Shown here in pieces: positions 37,201 to 49,200 of a stretch of DNA of 64,000 nucleotides; position 1 is the first letter of the stretch, and every line of letters starts with the position of its first letter. The DNA is from Yuukianura sp. NJ FZ-2021 (lineage: Eukaryota). The position numbers and the translations under genes are program-made. The stretch lies in NCBI GenBank assembly GCA_046563655.1, contig CM102286.1, forward strand, positions 1,736,001 through 1,800,000, in the 5' to 3' direction. Below the pieces are notes generated by a model that saw nothing but the letters and a program-made list of their open reading frames with translations, was not told the origin of the DNA and did no database searches.

Positions 37201-40200
37201 ATCACCCAACATATCATTTATTTTCACAATCACAAATGCTTTCCAATAACAAACCAAAGACAATCCAAAAACCTAAGTTGGGATATGCTAGTCGAACGGG
37301 GACTTTGAAGGAGGCGGGAAGATTTAAAGGAGCTTTGAAATCCTAAGTATGTCGCATGTCCAATTCCAGAAATTGTCTTATTTTTCTTCTCCAAGCTCAA
37401 GCTAACTAACCTAACCTTAAGATTCAATCTAACCTAACAGAAAAATAAGTTTAATCTAACCAAAAGTGAATCTAACTTTCGTAGGCTTAAATCACCCAAA
37501 TTGAAAAATCAGACTAAACTTGACATAGTAACTTTCAAAATTTTGAAAAAAAGTTAGTTAAGATTTTAGTTTTTTTTCTCACCTCAGTGTCAGCTCCACC
37601 AGAGACGCTAAATCCCAGTCCCAGTCCACGGTGATCCCGTTGAAGCGAAACTTGAAAAATTGCATCTGAAAGGAACAGAATTTATCAAACTTCAAAATCA
37701 GCGTCATAATTTTACTTTGAAATTGAATTTTCTCTTAGGGAGGGAACAGAACATGAACAAATGAAAGAAAAGTTGCCGCCAAGTTGAAACTTCAAAGGGA
37801 AAAATTCTTTTTCAAGTGAAAAAAAATCACTTTTTGCGACTGAAAGTCACACGACTGAAACAGTTTTGTAAAAAGCCTTGAGGCCAAATACTAATGAAGC
37901 ACCAGACCTGCATTAGCACGGTCGTGAACGAGAACAGGAAGACAGCATTTCGTACTGTGCAATTTGCAAAAAATTCAAAACTGTAACTGGTTTTGTCCAA
38001 AAAGAGCAAACTTAATCATGAATTTGCAAGAAATAAGTCACGATTGAAGATTGAAGAAGACTAAAATAATACGCTCTTCAAAAAATCTTTTGTTAACATT
38101 GTCAAAGACAACAATAGAGGGCTGATTTAATCAAACTACAGAAATTGTGCATACCAGTGCAGTGCACTGAAAGCTAAATTTGTGCAGTGCACTGAAAACT
38201 TAATTTGTGCAGTGCACTGGAAATTCAATTTTTGTTAACGTGAAACTAACCTAACAAACAAAGTAACGTGAGTTTTATGTAGCAGGTCATTATGGCGAAA
38301 ACAATACGCGCGAATTCAGTAACCTGGCAACAGTGGAATTGAACTTTATTGGAGTGAAGGGTAGGTTTCGCTGGAATGTAGATTCAGTGTTGCCAACTTG
38401 GAATTCGCGCTTATAGTTTTCGCTCTAATGACCTGGAACCAGTTTACCTTCAGAGATGAATGGAAATGCAGGATATGGATAGTCCAAGCTCATTGCAGAT
38501 CGGTGTCGAAATAGAGCCTCTTCACGATTCGTGCAACTCTGGCGCCGATGTTGTTCGAGTCGCAATTCCGTCCATGACTACACAAGAAAAAAATAAAATT
38601 TCATAAAAACGTGTAAGGTCAAGCTGTTTATGCTCATCAACATTCTCGTTCAGGGTTTCTAAGACAACAGCAGCGTTCAAATTTTAAAATAAAAGCTAAA
38701 CCGCGCCTGTTGTCACTTTCGTGGAATAACAACCGTTTCATTTCCACGACTTCCATTTGAAGTTTATTGGAAATCCTGAATGGAACGATATACAGTGGAC
38801 TTCCGTTTCCGCTTCCTCGAAGCATTGGAACGGAAGCGTTAGTTAATTAAAAACTAACGTTAGTCCTAATTAAAGCTAATCATTAGTTAGACTCAAGCAG
38901 AGTTTTATAACTAACCATTCTTCCGGTATTCTAAAAAATTCGAACTCTAATTTCCCTAAAAGCTAAACTCATCACAAAATTTTCACTTTTTTAAAGTTTG
39001 ACATTTCGCCAAAACTGAAACTTTAACAAAAATTTTGGCTACACTTTGACATTTTAAGAAAGGAATTAAAAGATTTCCGCTTTTTTGACTTCCACATTTT
39101 CTGAAAATTGAACTGCTAGTTAAAGTGTTAACTTTTTTGACATACACAGTTTTTGAAAATTTAATGTTTAAAAAAAATTCACTTTTTTGACTTCCACGTT
39201 TTCTGAAAATTGAACTTTTAGTAAAATTTTTTAACTCTTTTTGACTTCAACTTCCTCTGTTTTACATTTTCACTTTTTCACGACCAAAAATGGAGCACGA
39301 ATTGGAAACTCATGACATGAACTAAAAAGAATTCTCAAGGTCACGAGTTCACACATTTTACAGTAAATTTCACTTTAACCAAAACCAATAGCTTTTAAGT
39401 GCAAAGCTAAAACAGTTTTCGTGTAAAATGAATCTCCTCGTCTACTTTGGCAGTATGAACTGCTCCTTTGACAGGAAAGGTGTGAGAATACTGAGCCTTA
39501 ATTACCTTGACAAGGTAAAAATGAACTGGGAAATTCAAGTTGTATTCTTCCTACCTATGCAACTGCTAGAAAAAACAGTCTCTTACTGTAGTTAGGCTTA
39601 GTATAATTTTGTTCAAGGACAGAAATTGGTTTGGAATGGGAGTGGGAATAATTTTTTTTTGAATTGGCGTGGGTGGATCCCACTGCCCATCTTCAGCACG
39701 ACTCCAAATTACAAAAAAATAATAAGTTTACGCAAAAAGTTGGCATTGTTATGCAACAAGTTCATTTCGTTTTGGTTCAGTGTTTAGGCGGAATCGTGGG
39801 TGTGGCGCCATTGTCTTTCGAATGTGAAAAAATTTAACAAGGAAACACTCATACTGAAAAATACTGAAAAAAATTTCACCTCGCCCTACCGAACTTGTTT
39901 CTTCAAAAACGCGTTTAGAAAAAAATCGAAATTTTTCAGTTTTGCAGTGTTTACCAAAATACTCTTTTCAATAAAAATTGTGAATTTAAATCCTGAATTT
40001 AATTTTCTGAAAAACTCAGAGTTTTACCTCAACCATTCTCACATTTTTACTAAAAATTTTTAATTTCTTTAAGTTTGTATTCAAAACTTGTTTTTTGAAA
40101 ACATTTCAGTAGGGATTTGGCACTTTTTTTGAAAAGTAGAGCCGAAATTGGATATTCCTAGGAGTTGGCACCATTTTTTTTTTCAAAAGTAGCTCCGAAA

Positions 40201-43200
40201 TGTGTCCGGACGTGTTAGGCCGAATGCATAAAACGGAATTGATCAAATTCCAGCGGGAATTTTTGAAAAAGTGTTTGCCCATACCTGCCGACGTCTCGGT
40301 TGCCCTCCAGTGACACAACTTAGCGTCGACTGTCGCCCGTCAATGTCACTCCCTCGACAAGGAATGTCACCACCAACATTGTAGAGCACCGGTTGCGAAG
40401 CTCTAACGTTGTCACACTCATCGTAATTCCTTTTGACTGGCGGCGGAGTGGTGGATTCCTCTGCCCCACCACCGTGTTGCGTCACGTCAGGACAAGACGC
40501 TGCATACAATTTGGCTCGACTGCTGATTTTCTCTGGTGGATCCACAGTCCCACCACGTCCTCGGCCCCGCCCGCCTAGAATAGGAAACAAAAATTTCAAA
40601 CTTTCGCGCTCATTTTACGAGGTCATAAGGTGTCAACTTGTCATATGTCAAGGCAAGGTGGAGGTTGTCACAAGTATTACTGCTGTTGGGCTACGCTCGT
40701 AAATCAAAACCAAAAAATTTCGCGCCTTTTTTCGTCACCTCTTCAACGATTGTGATTTCCCGAGAGGTGCTTATAAGAATCGCTTGTGGAATGAATAATG
40801 AACGTGCAACAGAAATTCTTTGATCATTTTTCAAAAAAAAAATTTTTTTTGAAATTTTTTTTGCAAATGTTGATCATGATCTTGTTTGTAGCTGAGGAAG
40901 CGGAAGATGATGAGACAAAGGAATTTTATGTCTGCAACACTTCCTACACTGTGGACCGTGGAACGGTACCGCGGCGGTTCACTAACTTTTACTTGGCTTT
41001 GAACTATTTTATTAATATAATAATATATATTTTTATAATATAGAATTAGAAACCTCAAGAAACCGTGTCGTGCGGAGTAATCAAATCAGTTTTTGATCTT
41101 CTTGCCACCCGATGAGCATCACTAAAACACACGGTTCACGTCTTAACGTTTTCTTACACGCCCGAGTGACACCGCCTTTTCTCTATTCCTGATTACAAAC
41201 TTTCCGCCACAAAATTTTCAAAAAACAACCAAAAACAAGAAAAAACGTTATCTCAAATTTGGTTTTCGCCTCAGGCAACTTCGTTCTGCACAGAAGTATC
41301 CTGACGACGGCACAATTTCCGCGCCAAAAGCGCGTAAAATCAGAAAGTGAATGTTTTTTAAAGAATTTTTCTGTCAAGTGAATTTTTTCAATCAAATTGC
41401 TCACCTTTTTTGGACAAGTTGATCAGTGTTTCGAGTACCGGCATTTGCAGAAACCGGTTTTTTCGAGTCGGTTGGCCGTCGGTACCGACTTTGGAGTTTG
41501 TCCTTCGTCGGTACCTTGAAGGTGAATATGACTGTGAATTGGGCGGAAGGTCCCAGAGGTCGGCCGGAATAGAACTGCTCAGTCCGTTACCGGTACCACC
41601 GGAATGCTGTTTGATATCGTAGTAACCAATGTCTTCGTGACCGGAACAGTTTCGACGAACCGCCCGCGGCGTTCCGTTGTTATTCGAACTTTTCGTACAG
41701 TGAAGAGCATAGGTCGACTGACTCCGAGCTTTGAGACGCCCGTCCCCCCTTAGGTGGGGTTGACCTTGAGTTGCTCCACTTGCAAAAGTACTGCCGTTTG
41801 CACCCATGCCAAACTTATCTAAAACACACAAATTAGTTTAGTCGTTTGACCTTTTGAAAAGGTCAATGACCTATGAAACTTCTTGTTTTGACTTTTTCGT
41901 TCTTTTTAATCCTTTTGATCCGTAATTTTGAAAAATGGGAATGGAACACGGAGCTTTCAGTATTTCCTGTGACTGTGGGAGGTTTTTAGTAAAGTTCCAA
42001 AAACAAACTGCGTTTTGTCGTTCCATGTCACAGAGTCGAACATTATTAATTTTTGCTTGTCAAGTCACAAAAATTACTAGAAGTTGCTTATGGTTTTCTG
42101 CTGGTTTCCTTACAACTGGAAACGACAAGCAAAAAAAAAAGTTTTAGTAAACATGCAAGTGTAATTTGAATTAACCTGGATAAAACTTATCATGGTTTGT
42201 GTATGAAATATGAAAAACTCATGACTATGCTAAAGTCATGTCCATTTAACATAAAACTTCAGAAAAAAAATTTTTAGCTTGAGATTTTCTACAATTTCAG
42301 TTTTTGAGTTTAAGATAATTGCTAGTTTCTTATGTTTTGATAACAGTTGCAAAATCCCGTCCGCGGAGTGGGCGTCGGTGGGCAATTTGTCACGACGACA
42401 TTTTAAAACAGCGACATTTTGGTTTTATATGTTTTTAACTTTTTCTTATTTTAACTTTAAAGTTTTTTGGTGTGTTGGCGAATTGAGCTAGATTTTGACT
42501 TTTACTTTTTGAAAAGTTAATCTTTAGAATCCCATTGAAATCCGGTGGCTCCTATTTTTATTTTCCTGCAATCCTGTTTTTGAATGTTGTAAAAGAGCGA
42601 GGCGGAGGGAGTAACTACGGCATTTGGAAAGTGCTAACCTGGATTATTCACATTGGGTCGTGGTCCTTGTTCTGAAAAACATGTCATGACCGGATCCAGT
42701 AGAACACGCTCCACAGCATGACGTTCTTCCTGCTGCTCCAAATTCAAATTTCCCTCCTCCAGCGTCTTCGTCCAGTCGCACTTTGATCCAATTTGAATAG
42801 GAACTCCTGCTTTCCCGCTCAAATTAATTCTTTTCTTCTTCGTTCGATTGCAGCAAGGTGAAAGGTCAGCAGCTCCTACAATCCAGCTTTCTCCGTTTTC
42901 ACTAATGGGATCTAATGAGAACAAGAAACGAAAATTATGAAAATTAGTCGAAAAGCTTAATTTTAAAAAATGTTTCAATTACGAGGACTTTGTTAGAAAA
43001 CATGAAACTTTTTCCGTATTAATTTTTTTTCTAAAAAGGTTTTTTGCTGAATGCAGGCAGGAGAAAGTAATCTAGTGCTTTCACTTTTTGAAAAAAAAAG
43101 TTTAGTTTAAGTTTTTAGTTGGCTGAACTTAGGTAGCTACTAACCGTTTCCATTTTCAATACGAACTTTTTTTTCTAGAAATCGTGTTCTAGATTCTAGA

Positions 43201-46200
43201 AAGTTGAATTAGCTTTTCTTCCTCGTTTTTCTTTCCTTGTTTGATGAAAATTGAAAAAATTCCGCTACATTTTGTTTTCAAAGTTTATAAAATAAAGCGT
43301 GGGCTTAAACTTAAAGACTTTCTTTCTTCCTTTCTTTTTTTTTGTAGTAAAAGTTAAGGACTGGTGTTACTTTTTCAAATGTTTGAGAAATCCTGGTTTT
43401 GGAATTGAATTTTTTTTTTACAAATTGAAATTAGCTAGTTGAGTGCACATTGACAATTTTTTAAATTCAGTTGCTCAAAGCTCTGCTTGATTTTTTTTCT
43501 CAACGAACTAAAAAAAAAAAGAAATAGAAACGACATTTGAGCGTTTTTCAAAATTTTGATAAAAGTTCGAAATTATAATAACTAGTAAGAGAATAGTAAA
43601 AAAATAAGCAAGTGTTGGAAAATAAGGACTCCAATTTCCCAGAAATAGAAATTTTGAAATTTTGTGTTATTTCCAAAACTGGCAAATTTCAAAAATGGAA
43701 CTGTTGTGTAGTTTACGTTTCACATTTTTTGGGCGTGATTTTTTTTTTTCAAAAATGGCGAAAATGTAATTTATGACGCCAAATGTTGCTCCGCTGGGAC
43801 TTTTGACACTTTAACCTCCTTTACTGCAACTTCTAGTAGCATTTGCTGCTTTCCAATAAAAATCTAATATTTATTTATTATTCTTTCTCGTTTTCCAAAA
43901 TTTCCAATAATGCTAAATTATGGTTTTTGGAATAGAAGCCGAAAAAAGGATCTAAGTTTCAGAAAAAGAAATCAAAGGAAATTGGATTAGAAATTTTATA
44001 TGAAAAATGTCTGGTTCAATTCTTTTCAGAAATATTGAAAAAAATCAAATCCCCGAAACCATTTTCATCTTTTTGAAAATCTTCTTTTTCTCCTCTTTTT
44101 TCAAAATATGCTTTTTCTTTTTTTTTTTCAGTCCAAATGTAATACGATCTTTGTGGGAAAAGCTTTTTACAATATTGCAAACCACCGATATAATAAAAGC
44201 AAAAGATGAAACGTGTTCTAAAATTGAAATTTTAGAATAAAAAGTCAATCTCTCAAAATTTCCGAAACCGGTAATATTCAATTTCGAATTTGGCAACGTT
44301 TTTTAAAGCTTCCGCCGACTTTTCTAAAATTTCAAACAGAAAAATGTAATAAATCACTTCTATTATTGCAATTTTTGTTAAAGCTTTTTCTGTTCTGTGG
44401 ATCAATCGACTGGAAATTGGATTCAAAAGAATAAATCTTTAAAGCTTTTTTGTGACTTTCACAAAAATGTTCCTTTTTCCACAAAAAATGCGGTAAAAAA
44501 AGAAAGTTGGTGGCGGGAGATTTTGAAAAAGAAAAAAGAAATAGACTTACACAATGAAAAGAAAAGATCTTCTTTCACTTTCTGTTTCTATTGTTTCTTT
44601 TTAAACAAACTGCGAAAATGTTTCTTTCAACTTTCACCAACTCAGTATCAATCACATGTACCACGATTTTGACAAAATTCCAATTTTTCCAAACACAGTT
44701 TTATTTCTTGGATTCTATGACACTTTTGAAAAGTACCTGCCAAAAAGTGGAGCCAAAATTTCGAAAAACAAGGTGATTTTTGAAAATGGTTTCCGAGAAC
44801 CTCAGTTGACAAGGTACACAAGTCGATAGAGGAATCCTTGGGAGAAAGTGCGTGTTTGCACAATGTTTGGTAAAACGATGTTACCCGGGTAACACCAGAA
44901 TGCCCGGGAGTGGAGCAATAGAAGCCGATTGACTTCTGGAACCAGCTTATTTCTAACTCAAAGGCTTATTTGCATTTTTTTTTCGGAAAGTATCAAATCG
45001 GAACGGCAAATCAGAGTGCAAAAACTGCGAGTTCCAATTTTGAGCGCGAAGAAAGCCGATTTTTGAAAGTTTGAGTTTAATGGTTTCATTTTTTCCTCGC
45101 TTTTTACAAAAGTTAATGTTCCAGCTTTTACTTTTTAGAATTCAGATAACGAAAGGTTTTTGAAATTGTGAAAAGAATTTTAGAAACAAAAAGTTGGACG
45201 AAAATCAATACACTAATTGGCTCTTACTAGGGCACGACTGAATAAATCAAATTCAAAAACTCCCGCCTCGGTTTTGAATCCATATAACCTATACTTAATT
45301 TTACTTTTTCATATACATAGTAAACTAATTTGGGTTTTTGTTAAGAGAATTCAAAATTTCGAAAAATGAAAAAAGTGAAAAATTTTTTGTATGCTTTTAC
45401 ATATTTCAAAATATAAATGTGGATATTCGAGTTTGCTGTGAGCAAGGTCGGGATTTTTCACAAAAAAAAAGTGAAAGTGTAACCGCCATTTTTTTTACTT
45501 TTTGGCTGGAAGATTCAACTGGATCAAAAGAAAATTAAGACGTTCAAAATTTTTGTGCGCCAAGTGTGGGACGACATGCCTTGTTCCGGAATGCCAACGA
45601 TGTTCAATGTGTTACAAGGTTCACCACGTTCAGCCATTAAAACACTCGAAATGGCAATTCAACCTCCCTCTGGTTCTAAAAACTTGTGCGATTATAGGAG
45701 GATTTCTGGGAAATTTCAAAATTTGGGATTGAGCAACTCCCACTTTCTTCGTTATCGTTAAGTTTTTTGATGTCTCTCTCTGCAGAATGTAGTTTCAGAA
45801 TGACTTTATCCAGCAGGAAAGATTTGCTCTGTGCAAACACCTGCCTCCACTTTCTCCAACTTTCTCCTCCCTAACATAACCTAACTTAAAATAACATGAA
45901 ATAGCCTGATGTAAAGCAGAATTGGACCAAGGAGATGTCGCTATATAGCGACATCTCCTTGGTCCAATGTCTCCCCATGTCGCCTCTTAAGCTCCAACTT
46001 ATGATGAAAGTATCCAGAACATTGTTATTAATGCTCCAGAGAATCCTAGTTTCCTGGAAGGAGCCTTAATTGGTCCCTGTTCTGTATCAACAGCACCAAA
46101 TTTAAATTTAGGCTTTCTACTCTAATAACTAACTGGAGTGAGAACTGCGAAATTGAGAACATTTTTGCAACTGAAGCGAGAAAGCAAAGAGAAAATTATG

Positions 46201-49200
46201 AAATGGAGAAAGCAGAAAGCAAATAAAAATTAGGAAAAATTAAAAATTGCTAAATTCTTTTAAAAAAACCTTAGGAAAATTCTAAAACTCTTAAATTCTT
46301 TGATTCCGTGAAGTGTAAAGTTACACAACAAACTTTCTCCAAAGCATAACAGCGGCGGGATTCGAACCTTGAATCAGCGTTAGGAAAATAGAGATAGAAA
46401 AAATTCACACGCTTTTGGTAAGAGAGAGTTAAAAAATTTAGTTGCTGGATGTAAGGCTGATGTTGCTTCATTTAGCTTGAACAGACGCCAAAAATTCCTA
46501 TATTGCAGGATTTTGGTTCAATTTTTTAACTCTTAAAACTCGTGTTGCATTGAGTAGAATTTTTGGGCTGGAATTATTTAACATAGCATAGCGTGGCCGA
46601 GTTTAAGGCACTGGTCTCTTCGGAGGCGTCAGTTCGAATCCCACCGCTGTCACACTTTTTGTTCCAAATTTTACTTACCTAACCAACCTTAAAATTGTGG
46701 ATTTCTTTTTGGACGGAGAACACCTTTTAACACTTGATATAAGTTGCTTCTAATTTAAGTAACTAAAAAATTTTTTGGTGCTCTCCTGCGCATTGCGTAT
46801 GCACTTCTTCCACTACTTTACTCATGTCAAGGTCAATGACCTTTAGCTCAAATTTTTTTCCTAGTCTTGATAACACTACAGATGTCAAGGTAAGCCTCTT
46901 TACTTCCAATCATGGTTTAAGACATGAAAAATTTGAGCATCAAAAGTTGTTGGGCATAGAGTCATGAAAATGAAAGTACTTTTTTGAGTTGAGGAAGAAG
47001 ATGTTTTCCTTTGCTTAAATCTCTACCATCTTCATCTTTTCATGCAAATAGAATACACTTAAAAGTTACAGAAAATCTTCCTTAAGGTAAATTTCAACCC
47101 AACTTTGTAGTCAGAGGTAAGCGAACTCTGCAACTAAACAGATTCCACCTCATGGTTCATGAATCCCCTCAAAATCACATGGGAATTACTATTCACATTT
47201 CAATCTTAAAAACTACTTTTCCGAAATACGAAATTCAATTCCCAAAAGGAATTTCAAACATTTTACCTTCAGTTTGCTCAAACATTTCAAAAAATCCCAA
47301 AGAAAACTGTCTCCAAAAATACGTTCTTTGAAAAACCGAGCACACAAAGCTGTCACCTGTGCCACACTTTTGAAATTTTCTGTTCAATTTTCAACTTTTA
47401 AACAAATTGCCTTGGTTTTTGAAAATTCAAAACACGAAAAATCCCAAATCCGGAGAAAGTGATTCAAGAATGCACAATTTAAAAAAAACAAGAGAGCATA
47501 CGCTAGTTTTAAAAAATTGAAAATCCTCGATCCAGGGATAAAAATTTTTGACAAGCACTTGAAAAATTGGTATAAATTTTTTAAATTGATGAGAAAAAAT
47601 TCAGAAAATGGGAATTTTTGCATGTTTTTGAGAGCAAAGGTTGCTTGTATCATCCGACAAGGGCTTAAGGGAGGTTTATGTCGCTCTAATAAAACGAAGG
47701 CTTATGAGCTACGACTAAAAAAGGCGCCAAAGTACAATTTTTGCACAAACAGCCACGGTTGCAACACGGTGAAACCGTAGCATAGCGGATATGGATGAAG
47801 CCATATTTTTTGAACTTGTGTGCCATGAAAAGGTGCTTAGGTGCTGTGGGAATGGAGCGTGTCACACCTTTGGTTTTTACTTCATGGTTAGGTTTAGGTT
47901 TTTAGGTTATGTGCCTAGCCTAACATTAGGTCTATAACCTAACATTCCACAGCCTGAGTAATACCACAGTCGACAGAACTTCAGAGAGGATTTCAGTGTT
48001 AACTGCCTTTATAAATCCTTGCCCATCATGGCCCCTCCGGGCCACCAAATAAAATGAACTTTCAAAGCACCAGAGACACAAACCAAAAAAAAAGTTCAAA
48101 AAATGGCGGCTAAAAGTTGTGTAACTTCACCACAAAAAAAAAAGTGGAAAAGCCTATTATGGCCGTCAGTCCAAAAATGGAAGTGACCAGACATGGGAAT
48201 TGTCACCAAGGAAGTATTTCATTAAGTTGAAATTCTCACGCTCACGCTCATGCTTTGCTTTCAAAATTTTGAAAAAGTTTTTTGTTTGTTTTCAAAGAAT
48301 TTCAAAGTTTGGCGGTTAACGCTTTGATGTTAGCACTCAAAGTCAAACGTCATTCTACGCTGCCAAAAACATGGTTTGAGGCTTTTCTTTTGTAATTAAG
48401 GAACCAGAGCATAAAGTTTATGAGAATTTTAACGGTAATGACAATTGCTAACAGCCAAGAAGACGAGCTTACGACTGTCACTCTTCTTCTGGTGTTAAAT
48501 GAAAATCTGCGCGCCAAAATTTGGTCATTCAAATTCCGAAGAGGACCGTTTTCAAAATTACAGAGATTTTCAAAATTGAAAATCCCGGGCTGGGCCATAA
48601 CCTCTTCTTTTTTTTTTGAATAATCGTTTTGCTGTTTTTCACTTTTCTTTTTACACAGAAAGTAAAACTTTTTTTTTTGAAGTGAAACTCGTGATTAGAT
48701 TCGGAACCAAAAAGAATTCAAAAATTGGAACAATCGAATCTCTTTTTTTTTTTGAAAAAACAAGTTTAAACTGTTTACATGAGTCATGCGTAGATGCACA
48801 TGTATAACACAGCAAACTTGAATGACTTGACTATAAACCCATCAATCAGCAAAGCATTTAAGAGCAAATTACCATAGAAGGAAATACAAATAATTTTGCA
48901 ATTTCCTTTGTTGGCAATTTGTATCTCCTGATTGCAAAAAATGTCAATGACCAATAGACATTCTGTTGTTTGTTGATTTTGGCAACAATTGTTCACTTTC
49001 TGCTTCAAGATGCATCGTACAAATCTTGTGTAAATTTTGAACATGACAGATGAGTGAATTTAATTTCCGTAGAATTTTTCTTTAGATTTGGAGGTTACAA
49101 CAGAAAACTGCGCTGCAGACAGAAATGTTATTTGGTTGTTGAGAAATTGTGTTGAAGGAAGTGGAGATAACCTAGTTTGTTTTTTCAGTTTTTGCCAAAA

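Noticed and set aside
38157..38231. Regular repeats with a palindromic core, superficially CRISPR-like
   Set aside because: Eukaryotic intron, the intervening parts are near-identical rather than unique spacers, and there are no cas genes.
39079..39226. Diverged ~45-bp direct repeat (ttttttgacttccac.ttttctgaaaattgaact) about 100 bp apart
   Set aside because: Ordinary intronic local duplication with no further structure.
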